This document shows positions 1 to 9,051 of a DNA stretch of 64,000 bases, piece by piece. Both the position numbers and the translations under genes were made by a program. Source of the stretch: Candidatus Multivoradales bacterium (lineage in GTDB: Bacteria; Acidobacteriota; Thermoanaerobaculia; Multivoradales; JAHEKO01); NCBI GenBank assembly GCA_965248055.1, contig CBDFIJ010000004.1, forward strand, positions 2,336,001-2,400,000, written 5' to 3'. The notes under the pieces were generated by a model, which was given only the letters and a program-made list of their open reading frames with translations, did not search any database and was not told the DNA's origin. How positions within the stretch are numbered: the stretch's first letter is position 1; each line of letters starts with the position of its first letter.

Positions 1-96
1 GCGAGTAATGGTTTGCGCAATGGTGGCTCCCATGACCAAAAAAACTGGCCCCGGCTTCGCAGCCATTCGTTGTTATGTGGCGAACCGTCGATGCAG

Positions 97-804
97 CTAG
101 TTCACTTCCTCGCATGACGGCAAACGAACATTCGCCGAGTCCAGCGAGATTCCGGTGGTGTGAGTAATTGTACCCTTGTACTCCGACCAATCCACTCTTA
201 CGTTCTTGGCTTCGTACAGCCATAACAGTGAGCCTTTTTCCCCGAAACATTGCTTGAGGTCACATACGTCCACGCAATCTGGATCTCCAACTGGTTGACG
301 AGCCTCAATGTAGTCTTCCCCGAGAAGAGCCACGACATGCTTTGGCAAGAACTTTGAGGCCTCATCTGGGCTCGCCATTATGTGATTAGCCACGCCGGGT
401 GTTTGAGTCGTATGTGGAGTTTCTGAAGTGCTTTTGCCCCGAAGACTGAAGAAGATGTCGAGCCACATTAAAGGACAGTCAGAGCATCCTCCTGTAACGT
501 GTCCCCTATAGGATTTGTATTGGAGTTGCAGGGTGTCGTGTTCTTGATAGGTCTCCTCGCCATGATGGCGATCTGTGTCCATCCTAAAGACATAGGCCGC
601 GTCGGGATCTCCTAACGACCTAAGTGTTCCCGCGAGACTCGCACCAAGACGCGTACCAAAGATGAACTCTGTTCCCTGAGAGTTGGATGGCAAATCGGTT
701 TCAAACGTTTCTGTAGATAGGGCCCCACCGCAACTCCCAGCAGCTACAATGAAACCGCAAAGACAATAACGCGTTAGCCAAATCTTCCGATAACGAGAGG
801 TCAA
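97..804 (-). CDS. Putative lipoprotein, paralog of 857-1513 (candidate immunity family B); start uncertain, ORF track extends to 948
   Basis: Lipobox-like AGSC; shares FGTxLGAxL, SLGxPDAA, DTLQLxYxSYxGH, DPDCVDxCDLxQCFG, WSEYxG and NVRLPxCE with the neighbouring gene. Confidence 0.7.
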   Translation of the reverse strand: MTSRYRKIWLTRYCLCGFIVAAGSCGGALSTETFETDLPSNSQGTEFIFGTRLGASLAGTLRSLGDPDAAYVFRMDTDRHHGEETYQEHDTLQLQYKSYRGHVTGGCSDCPLMWLDIFFSLRGKSTSETPHTTQTPGVANHIMASPDEASKFLPKHVVALLGEDYIEARQPVGDPDCVDVCDLKQCFGEKGSLLWLYEAKNVRVDWSEYKGTITHTTGISLDSANVRLPSCEEVN

Positions 805-856
805 TCGATTTCTCAAAACGGCCCTGGCACCAAGCAAACGACACCATGTTTCTAGT

Positions 857-1513
857 TTATTGCTCACACGGCGGCAATCGCACGTTGCTCCAGTCAACGG
901 TGATCGCGCTGGCGCGTACGATTGAACCGTTGTACTCGGACCAGCCAACGGCTAGATGACGGTCTTCATACAACCAGGACAAGAATCCGCTATCTCCAAA
1001 ACATTGTTCGAGGTCACACGTATCGACACAGTCGGGATCCTCAACGTCCTGGCGAACCTCGATGTAGTTGTTACCCAGAAGCATCAAAACGTTTTCTTGC
1101 ACCAATCCTGGAGGTTCCAACGGATAAACGCGTATCCCGCTTACCACTCCTAATGGATGATTGCCGCCTAACGCGTGTGGAGCAACCTTGGCCCGAAGAT
1201 CAAAGAAAACATCCAAACGCATTGGCGGGCATTGCGGGCACTTCTCGAAATGCCCTTCATAAGACTCGTATGTGAGTTGCAGGGTGTCGGGATTCTCATA
1301 TGCCTCTAAGCTCGTTCCCTCCGTAGTAACCCCGCTAAACAAGAATGCCGCATCTGGACTGCCCAAAGAACCAAGAACTTCGACTAGGGTCGCACCGAGA
1401 TCCGTGCCGAAGACGGTCTCTGCTCCATGCGTGTCGGAGGTGGGGGTTAATTCGATTTCTCCAGTCGTCAAGACCTCATCGCAGCTCAGGGCGACAAGAA
1501 TAAAAAGAAGCAC
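857..1513 (-). CDS. Putative lipoprotein (candidate immunity family B); ORF track start 1567
   Basis: GTG at 1513 gives MLLFILVALSC (lipobox); clear paralogy to 97-804; lies in the Rhs downstream array. Confidence 0.7.
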   Translation of the reverse strand: MLLFILVALSCDEVLTTGEIELTPTSDTHGAETVFGTDLGATLVEVLGSLGSPDAAFLFSGVTTEGTSLEAYENPDTLQLTYESYEGHFEKCPQCPPMRLDVFFDLRAKVAPHALGGNHPLGVVSGIRVYPLEPPGLVQENVLMLLGNNYIEVRQDVEDPDCVDTCDLEQCFGDSGFLSWLYEDRHLAVGWSEYNGSIVRASAITVDWSNVRLPPCEQ

Positions 1514-1605
1514 CTCACACCGCGTTCTGGAAACTTTTCTTTCGTGAATGACCGGTTGATGATTCAAAATGGCCCCGCCCGATTCGGAATTTGATTCGTC
1601 CCTTG

Positions 1606-2064
1606 TTAGTGTGCTGGCTGGCCCAAACCACGGTAGTTAGGAAAAGCTTCGTTAAAAGCAGTTTCCACAGCTGCCAAGAATTTTTCGCCACAACTCGCCG
1701 ATCCTGCTCTTGGAAGAGTGCTCTTGGCAACTCCGTGATACTCCACGCTGACAATGTCATTCCCCATTTCAGCTACGCAATCAAGTGAATGAACTTGACC
1801 TATTTCGTCGAACACAGCTTCAAAGAGATTAGTATCTGACTCGCGGCATACAGCCCTGACTCCGGTGGATGCCGGCATCACCATACATAGACGCCCATCT
1901 GTCCTAAAGCTTTCGGAGTTTACGATTCCACCTCGATCATAAACAATGACAAGTTTTTCGCTTTGAGAAAACAGCGCCAATTCGTGAACATGCCCCGACG
2001 CGCATCCCGCCATAAGCGCTGCCCAAAGAAGCTGCGAACTACTGCGCCGCATCGAGTCGTTCAT
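1606..2064 (-). CDS. Lipoprotein, orphan immunity protein (family A, copy 3)
   Basis: Lipobox MAGC; DCVxxMGNDI...CGExFL...YRGLG shared with 2275-2742 and 3184-3618; ATGA overlap with a toxin-tail remnant. Confidence 0.75.
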   Translation of the reverse strand: MNDSMRRSSSQLLWAALMAGCASGHVHELALFSQSEKLVIVYDRGGIVNSESFRTDGRLCMVMPASTGVRAVCRESDTNLFEAVFDEIGQVHSLDCVAEMGNDIVSVEYHGVAKSTLPRAGSASCGEKFLAAVETAFNEAFPNYRGLGQPAH

Positions 2065-2130
2065 GGCCGGTCTCGCTTAACCTTGTATTCTTTGGTTGGT
2101 CTTTCTGGGTTTACTTGTGTAAAGGTCTGG
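2061..2130 (-). pseudogene. Remnant of the Rhs toxin C-terminal tail
   Basis: Reads ...TFTQVNPERPTKEYKVKRDRP*, matching the Rhs end NVNPERPKKQYKLRRSNP. Confidence 0.75.
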
Positions 2131-2160
2131 CTCACCTATTGTTGAGGGTGCGGTCCACAG

Positions 2161-2262
2161 CACTGAAAAATCCGGTGCTCTGGAACACAGATCGACGCAG
2201 CCGTGTGAACCAAAACTAGCGCCCCCATGAATGGTAAAGCCGGAACTACAACTGGTCTCATC
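2161..2262 (-). pseudogene. Remnant of a Tlde1/DUF2778-like (L,D-transpeptidase fold) toxin domain
   Basis: A frame absent from the ORF track reads SSGFTIHGGASFGSHGCVDL. Confidence 0.6.
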
Positions 2263-2274
2263 GAAACCGTGAAT

Positions 2275-2742
2275 TCAAAAACCCCATTGTCCCAAACCTT
2301 CGTAATCTGGGAATACCGCACCAAAGCCTCGCTCGACCGCATCGAGAACGTCCTGCCCACAATTCGCTTCGCCGAAAGATGGATTTCCGCCAAACTCTGT
2401 GCCCAAAAAGCTGCTGCCCGTAATATCGTTGCCCATTCCCTCTACACAGTCTTTGCTGTGCACAGCTTCAGCCTGGTGAAGAATCTCGATGAAATGCTTC
2501 GGGTCGGCCGTTTTACAACGCGTTTTTATGTAGTGGGGCCGACGAGCCACAGTTACGAGGCAGAACTGACCATCGTAAGTGAGTACTTCGCCGACCAGAA
2601 ATGCTCCATGGTCGTAGCTGATGTCGAACAATTTGCGCTCTTGGAATGGCTCGTAACCTACGACAGAACCAGTTGTACACCCAACCAGGGCAAACAAAGT
2701 CATCGCAAAAAGCATTCGGTTTGTCCCTCTGGCGGGTCTCAT
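2275..2742 (-). CDS. Lipoprotein, orphan immunity protein (family A, copy 2)
   Basis: Lipobox LVGC; family A motifs; ATGA overlap with the orphan toxin stop. Confidence 0.75.
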   Translation of the reverse strand: MRPARGTNRMLFAMTLFALVGCTTGSVVGYEPFQERKLFDISYDHGAFLVGEVLTYDGQFCLVTVARRPHYIKTRCKTADPKHFIEILHQAEAVHSKDCVEGMGNDITGSSFLGTEFGGNPSFGEANCGQDVLDAVERGFGAVFPDYEGLGQWGF

Positions 2743-3068
2743 GGTTTATCCCTCATCAGTTTGAATTTTTTGTTGGGTCTTTCGGGATTGACTTGATCGA
2801 ACAAGTGAATTCTCCTCCCGCGTACTTCGTCGACAGCGTAGTTGACCCGTTGGGGCAGTCCTCTTTCAGACCGAATCTGGTTGACAAAATTAACGATTGG
2901 GCCTGTATATCCTTTCTCACCTGCCGGGCGCCCGATTCCGTCGGGTGCATCCGTTAGGTTGGTGATAGCGTGCCGGAGTTCGTGGATAAGGAAGCTTCCC
3001 AGGTTAAGAGTTGTCAAATTGACGCGCTTGGATTGTGCAGTTTTGGCTTGAGCGAAGTTGAGATGCAC
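2739..3068 (-). pseudogene. Orphan Rhs C-terminal toxin fragment (HExxH metallopeptidase-like)
   Basis: NLGSFLIHELRH...GPIVNFVNQIRSERGLPQRVNY...VNPERP is homologous to the main Rhs C-terminus; no Rhs core. Confidence 0.8.
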
Positions 3069-3183
3069 ATCATTTGTTCCGGGGGTTCTTCTGTTATGGC
3101 CTTCTGTACAGCTGTGCTATTGCTCAGCACCTCTTTTTCGGGCGCTCTGGGTTGACTCGGAAAGTTGAGCCTGGTCCCACCCC

Positions 3184-3618
3184 TTACCAATCACCAAGGC
3201 CCCTGTAGCTCACGAAGGCGCTACTGAATGTAGCCTCAAACTCTCGAAGGAAATCTTCACCACATTTGGAGGAGCCTGGTTTGGGGCTCGTACTTATAGC
3301 GCGCCCTAGATACCCCACAGTTGCAATATTGCGCCCCATCACATCGACACAGTCAGAGTCGTAGGCTTCCTCGGCCCCTTGAAGAATCTCTCGAATCCTA
3401 GTTGGGTCGCCTTGCTTGCAAGATACCCATTCTTTGCTTGGACTCTTCGGTCTGGATAGGCACAAGCGATTGTCATGGGTTATAAACTCTGAACTGACGA
3501 GTGAATCATGGTCAAGAATAATGACCAGGATCTGATCCTGGTCGTACGTCCCGTACGATCGCGAATGCAGGCAACCGGCCAGTAGCAAAAGAATGGTAGA
3601 TGCAAGAATTGGTTTCAC
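3184..3618 (-). CDS. Lipoprotein, cognate immunity protein of the Rhs toxin (family A, copy 1)
   Basis: MKPILASTILLLLAGC lipobox; GTGA overlap with the Rhs stop. Confidence 0.8.
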   Translation of the reverse strand: MKPILASTILLLLAGCLHSRSYGTYDQDQILVIILDHDSLVSSEFITHDNRLCLSRPKSPSKEWVSCKQGDPTRIREILQGAEEAYDSDCVDVMGRNIATVGYLGRAISTSPKPGSSKCGEDFLREFEATFSSAFVSYRGLGDW

Positions 3619-6600
3619 GGGTTACTCCGCCTTAGTTTGTACTGTTTTTTCGGACGCTCAGGATTTACGTTCCTGAAATAGTGTGTCTGCCGATCTCGGG
3701 TAGACCGAAAAGCAACGTAATTAACTCTCGTAGGAAGACCTCGCTCTTGGCGAATGGAGTTAACGAAATCAACGACTGGTCCGGTCAATCCAGGCTGCGT
3801 GATTAGCGGCGTCTGAAGCGTCCCGTCCCGAGTGTCCCGCAAACCGGTGCTTGTGTGATAAAGCTCGTGAGTCAATGTCGAACCCAAGTTAAACGTCGTT
3901 AAGTCAACGCGCTTCGATTCTGCCGACGTAACTTGCCCAAAATTGATCCCAATGGCCCCGGTTTCAGGGTTTCCATTGCTAGATCGACCTTCGATCGCTG
4001 TCACCTCAAAAACGCGGTCCATACCAATCGCGTCGTTGAAAAAATCAGTGGCCGTAGACGACGCGTCAGCCCCGACATCCACGAGCACCAGCTCTAGGTT
4101 CTTGTTGACATCGTAGGTATTGCCGGTGAAGTCGTTGAGAGCCTGGACGAGCTCGCCCCGCTGCTCTTTGGTCAGTTTGGAAAGGCTGATGGTCTCACCA
4201 GTCGGGTCGACATACTTCAAGGGATTGCCCGCGGCATAAGCGTAGAGATTCCAGGTCTGCGGTTGGCCCGGGTATCCCCAAGCCGGGTCGGTGGTCAAAA
4301 ACCTCCCCAGATACGGGCTGCAATAACGGGCATGCATGTAATCCAAATCCTGCCGATCGGATATCACGTTGCCGTCGATCTCAGCCACAAATACCGCTCC
4401 ATCGGCGACTACAAAGTTGTTTCCCAGCTCGATCGTCTCCCCAGCGATAAACCGCACTTCATCGGTTGAAGTGACGGTGGTGTTTTGTGAGGTGACGGCA
4501 TCACAGCCGATAAACTGCTGACCAGTGGAGATGGTTTGATTATCGACCACTGTGGTCCCTGATCCGCAGTTCCCAGAGGTGTGCTCATCCCTTTCATGGC
4601 CGGTGAATTGGAGTTGTTCCAGATCCACGCCCTCCGCCACTTCTTCGCCGAACGGCAGATAGTTGTGGCGGGCCGCGGGGCCTTTGGCGGAGTTGGTCCA
4701 GTAGCGGGGGGTGCCGAGATGGTCCAGGTGGGCGTGGGTAGTGCCTCCCGGCGTCACTTTGGCGAGCGTCTGGCCTTCTCGGCGGACGTAGTCTTTCTCC
4801 CAGGTCCAGGTGTTCGGATCGGCGTTGAAACCGCCTTCCACATAAGTACGAATGACTTGCCCGTCGAGGTCGCGGGTCATCCAGCGAGCCGAGGTTTGGG
4901 TGTTGCCGGCGTTGGCTTCGATGATCGCGATCCTCTCGTCGTCGCCGGTGTAGACGTAGGACTCGTTCTCGGCGCCATCTTTGAGCCTCACAGCCATGTG
5001 CAGTTCGTCGTAGGTATAGGTCGCCGTTCCCCAGGCCGTGACGCTGCCTGCGGTGTTGTAGGCAATCGGGCGGCTAGCGGTACCAAGCAGGCGGTTGGTG
5101 GTGGGGTCGGTGGGGTTGTTACGGTTTACATCTATCCCAGGGCCAATGACTCTGGCCCTAACACGGTTGCCAAAAGCATCGTAGGCGTTGTGCTCTGAAA
5201 ACTGCGCGCCTTGGGCGTTTCCCGCGGTGATTCTGGAGAGCGAGTCGTACTTAAAGTTGTCCGCGCCCATGGCGGTGATGTTTCCCGAACCATCGTAAGA
5301 ATAGGTACCAGTGTCGAAGTTCGTGGCGGTGGAGCCGGTGGTGCGGATTCTTGAAGGGCGGAGAATCCGGCTGGGGTCACTATCCCAAACGTCCGACACT
5401 CCGTTGCTGTGGACCACGGTGTTGAGCAGCAGGTTGCGGCGGTAGCTGATCGAAGTGGCGTAGCCCGGAACCGAAGTTAGGAATCCACGGGTGTAGTTGT
5501 AGGAGATCTCGGTTCCACCACCAGCGCAAACTTCCGGATAACAGATCTTGCTCGGCAGCCCCAGCCCGTTCCATTCAAACCCAGTGGTGTATAGGCTGAC
5601 GTTGCCGGTGCGGAAGGTCTCCCGTTCGCTCACCTGACCACCGAGACCTCGATAAGCGTACACCTCCTGAATGACCACCGTGGGTGAGCCACTTACGCCC
5701 GGCAGGCGGTTGTTACGCTTGGCTTTCTGGAGCTTGCCGCGCAGCCGGTTAGTGCCGACGTTGCTCTCCCAGTAGACGAACTCTTTGAGGATAATGCCGC
5801 CGGTTTCCTGGACTTTGGTTACACGCTCGGCTCGATCGTAGGTCAAGGTAAGGTCGGAAGGTCCGTCCTGTTTCCTGGTCGCGTGACCACGGGCATCATA
5901 GCTTGAGTAAGTCACTGCGCCGGTTTTCTCGGGATGGGTTTCCGACAATAGGAAGCCTCTGCCATCGTAGTTAAACGTGCGGGTCTGGGTGGTGGTGCCG
6001 TCGCTCATCGCAACCGAGATCAGGCGGTCAGCGGGATCGTAGCCATAAGTGGTCACTGTCCCGTTAGGTTCGGTGACTTGGTACAGACGACCCTGGCCAT
6101 CGTATTCCTCAGTGGTCGTTTGTGGGGTCTCGACGCCAACGTCGGTGCCAACATTGACGGTGCGATGGACCCGCCTAATGCCATCGTAGGCGAGCACCAC
6201 CGCGTTGCCGTCCGGAGCGGTGATCGCTGTCGGCCGACCCAACTGATCGTAAGTGTTGTTAGTCCAGGTGGTCGGCGCACCGTTCCAAGTGGTCGAAACT
6301 CGATCGACAATTCCACGCGCCGTGTACTCGGTGTCCCGCCGATTCCAAACCCCATCGGGCATTCTCCGTTCCTCGCGAATAACACGGCCGAACCCGTCAA
6401 ACTTGACGCGGTTTTCGGTTAAAGCGGTACCGCCGGTGTTGGGTCGCTCAACAGCATCCACCTGCGCGGGAGTTGTTCCTGAAGCAGCGGTATACGTGTA
6501 CTCGGTGCGCGCGCCGCCGTGGTCGGTATCCGGTTGCAACAGGGTTGGACGACCTAGAAGATCGTAGGTGTAGTCGATTCGTAGGCCGGAATCGGCGATG

Positions 6601-8837
6601 GTTTCGTCCGGAAGTCCGGTGTTGGGATCAATGTCTCGATGCACCGGTGCCACTCCGATCCAGGCGCCGCCGGTCGTGTCATAACGGACCCAGCGGACAG
6701 TGCCATAGCCATTGGTTGGGCTGCGCTGGATCTGGTAGGTCTCTGCTCCCGGAAGGGTCAGAGCACATAGATTCGATGAAGTGCTGACCGCTTGTGTGTC
6801 ACCTCCATAGTAACGCTCATATCGAACCATCCCGCCGGGGTTACCCGCTACCGCGTCAGGTTCGTACTCGACGATGAGATCTTTGGCCTGGCGCCCGGTG
6901 CCTGAGAGCGTGCCCGCCTGGGTGCGCTTGCGCTCCAAGAAGCCAGTCGAAGACTCGAAGCAGAACTGCTCCTTGTAGGTCGTTGCACCTTGGGTCACCG
7001 AGCGGTCGGTGAAGGTGCTGAGAATCCAAGGGTCGGTGGTCGCCGGAGGGGTGTAACCTGCGCTGGGATAACTTCCGTTGCCGGGGTTGTAGTTGGCGAA
7101 CGTCGAACGAACGTTGCCGGATGAGAAATTTCCGTGGGTGACAGCGTTGCGATAGTGGCCGAGTCCGTCGAAGTCCGAAAACACGCTCCCTGAATAGCGG
7201 TTGCCATCGTCCACAAACACCGTCCGCTGAGCACGCAGACGACGGTTGGTGTCATGCCAGATTTGGTAAGCGTTGGCGTTCCAGGTGGCATAGATCAAGT
7301 CTGGTAGGTCATCGTGCTCGTAGTCGACGTAACTGCGTCGCAGCGCAGTCCCAGAGCATGCAAAGCGGTTATTAAACGGGCGGCTGACGGCTGACGTAGA
7401 ATTCCACTCTTCCACCGACAGGTAATAGCCACCGCTCTTGGTGCTCTCTTCCGAAAACGGCAAGCCGTAAGCCCAGCCCGGATCGGTCTGTACCGCACCG
7501 ACGAGAAAACCGGGGTTGGCGTCGTGATAGTGGGTGGTGCAGCTTCCGTCCGGTTTCTTGACGTAGGTTCTAGTTTCCCTTGGTTTATCCTCGGGATCGT
7601 CATCAAAGAAAGGCCATAGCTCGTTTTCGTACTCCCAGGTGCCGATGAGCGTTCCGTTGGCGGTGAGTGTTCGTCGCTCGGTGACGCCGAGGGTAAGGGT
7701 TTGTGCCGGAGGGGGATTGTCTCCCCAAGTGGTCTCGTTGTTCTGGGTCATGTCCCAGACGCCGTAGTCCCATTCGATCTGTCCACGGGTGGGTAGTCGG
7801 ATGCCCTGCAAAGCCCCCGATTCTCCGTCAGTAGCGCAGTCCAAGCTGTAACGGGGAGAACCATCAGGGTTGGTCATCTGGTAGGGACCGTCCGCAGGTT
7901 GCGAAACTTGGGTCAACAGGGAGACATCGTAGAAGGTAGACAACACATCCGACTGACAGCCCTCACCGATCGATCTGGTGGCGTAGCTGAAGTTGTAGAC
8001 CGCACGCTGATTCTGGGCTGCGGCAAGGTCGACCGAACTGACCATGTACCCTCCCGATTCCCCGTACGGCTCCATATGGGCGTGGTAGGTGAAGTTGATG
8101 GTGTGCGAGCGACCGGTGCTGTCAGTGATCGTCCACTCCGTGTTGGTGTAGCTGATATCTACCGAGTTGCCGAATGGATCCTCCATCTTGGTCACTCGCC
8201 AGATGTCTCCGACAGGGCTGAACTCATGGACCTGACCGTTGGGAAACTCGACGGTGTAGAGCGAGGCCGACACTTGCTTGAGCCTCAAGTAATTATTGCT
8301 GCGCGTATACCACGTTGTAGAGCTTCCGTCCGTTTCACCGTCGTGCAGTTCGTCCCAAAAAAAATGCTGTCCTGAATCTGGCCCGATGTACCGCCAGTGG
8401 GTTCGGTCCCAAGGGTTGGTTCTGGTAAAGGGGGCGGTCGGGTCAGGAGCTATAAGCACTCCCCAGCTAAGCTGCCATCCAAATCCACTATTGAAGAGTC
8501 CGTCCGGTTCACCGACCGACAACATTTCTTGTTCTTGGCAGGGCGGATCTTCGCAATCGGCGAAAAGCTCCTTGTGGTACTTCCAGTTTTTTCCTGCGAA
8601 AGACAAAGTCAATCCGTACGACAAAGATTCACTGACAACATATTGTTGCCCAATCTGAACAGCGACAGTAAGTCCTCCATTAAAAAGACTTACCGAGTCG
8701 ACGTCGCCTACTTGGTAGGTCTTTTCCGGCGTAAATCCTCGCTGCTCTCCCTGGTTTTGTTGGGCCTGGACAACAGATGAGGCAGAAGCCGCAACCAACA
8801 GGACCAAACAACAAGTAACGTGCTTTTTTGTCTTCAA
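3615..8837 (-). CDS. Rhs/YD-repeat polymorphic toxin with signal peptide and C-terminal HExxH domain (ORF track start 8927)
   Basis: YD repeats, HLDHLGTPR, FTGHERD...DYMHARY...GRFLTTDP, NPLKYVDPTG cleavage motif, HELYH; GGAGG upstream of TTG 8837. Confidence 0.93.
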   Translation of the reverse strand: MKTKKHVTCCLVLLVAASASSVVQAQQNQGEQRGFTPEKTYQVGDVDSVSLFNGGLTVAVQIGQQYVVSESLSYGLTLSFAGKNWKYHKELFADCEDPPCQEQEMLSVGEPDGLFNSGFGWQLSWGVLIAPDPTAPFTRTNPWDRTHWRYIGPDSGQHFFWDELHDGETDGSSTTWYTRSNNYLRLKQVSASLYTVEFPNGQVHEFSPVGDIWRVTKMEDPFGNSVDISYTNTEWTITDSTGRSHTINFTYHAHMEPYGESGGYMVSSVDLAAAQNQRAVYNFSYATRSIGEGCQSDVLSTFYDVSLLTQVSQPADGPYQMTNPDGSPRYSLDCATDGESGALQGIRLPTRGQIEWDYGVWDMTQNNETTWGDNPPPAQTLTLGVTERRTLTANGTLIGTWEYENELWPFFDDDPEDKPRETRTYVKKPDGSCTTHYHDANPGFLVGAVQTDPGWAYGLPFSEESTKSGGYYLSVEEWNSTSAVSRPFNNRFACSGTALRRSYVDYEHDDLPDLIYATWNANAYQIWHDTNRRLRAQRTVFVDDGNRYSGSVFSDFDGLGHYRNAVTHGNFSSGNVRSTFANYNPGNGSYPSAGYTPPATTDPWILSTFTDRSVTQGATTYKEQFCFESSTGFLERKRTQAGTLSGTGRQAKDLIVEYEPDAVAGNPGGMVRYERYYGGDTQAVSTSSNLCALTLPGAETYQIQRSPTNGYGTVRWVRYDTTGGAWIGVAPVHRDIDPNTGLPDETIADSGLRIDYTYDLLGRPTLLQPDTDHGGARTEYTYTAASGTTPAQVDAVERPNTGGTALTENRVKFDGFGRVIREERRMPDGVWNRRDTEYTARGIVDRVSTTWNGAPTTWTNNTYDQLGRPTAITAPDGNAVVLAYDGIRRVHRTVNVGTDVGVETPQTTTEEYDGQGRLYQVTEPNGTVTTYGYDPADRLISVAMSDGTTTQTRTFNYDGRGFLLSETHPEKTGAVTYSSYDARGHATRKQDGPSDLTLTYDRAERVTKVQETGGIILKEFVYWESNVGTNRLRGKLQKAKRNNRLPGVSGSPTVVIQEVYAYRGLGGQVSERETFRTGNVSLYTTGFEWNGLGLPSKICYPEVCAGGGTEISYNYTRGFLTSVPGYATSISYRRNLLLNTVVHSNGVSDVWDSDPSRILRPSRIRTTGSTATNFDTGTYSYDGSGNITAMGADNFKYDSLSRITAGNAQGAQFSEHNAYDAFGNRVRARVIGPGIDVNRNNPTDPTTNRLLGTASRPIAYNTAGSVTAWGTATYTYDELHMAVRLKDGAENESYVYTGDDERIAIIEANAGNTQTSARWMTRDLDGQVIRTYVEGGFNADPNTWTWEKDYVRREGQTLAKVTPGGTTHAHLDHLGTPRYWTNSAKGPAARHNYLPFGEEVAEGVDLEQLQFTGHERDEHTSGNCGSGTTVVDNQTISTGQQFIGCDAVTSQNTTVTSTDEVRFIAGETIELGNNFVVADGAVFVAEIDGNVISDRQDLDYMHARYCSPYLGRFLTTDPAWGYPGQPQTWNLYAYAAGNPLKYVDPTGETISLSKLTKEQRGELVQALNDFTGNTYDVNKNLELVLVDVGADASSTATDFFNDAIGMDRVFEVTAIEGRSSNGNPETGAIGINFGQVTSAESKRVDLTTFNLGSTLTHELYHTSTGLRDTRDGTLQTPLITQPGLTGPVVDFVNSIRQERGLPTRVNYVAFRSTRDRQTHYFRNVNPERPKKQYKLRRSNP

Positions 8838-9051
8838 TTTCCCAATCCTCCAAACACGAAACGTTGGCCCTCGGTTGGCCCCGCAGTAGCCCACAGGAAA
8901 ACTAACCGATCTCGATTCGCGACCCACCTAGGTTAGTCGAACGACGGGCTGAAGGACAAGTGACAGTCACACTTGCCCGATTTGCACGCTCGCTATCGGG
9001 TAATCGCAAAGTATGATGCCCTCGTTCAGTTGTTAAAGAAGGAGGTTTTTC

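Noticed and set aside
3069-3110. GCCATAAC on the minus strand as an attC box
   Set aside because: Better explained as coding remnant of the orphan toxin (EGHNRRTPGTNDVHLNF)
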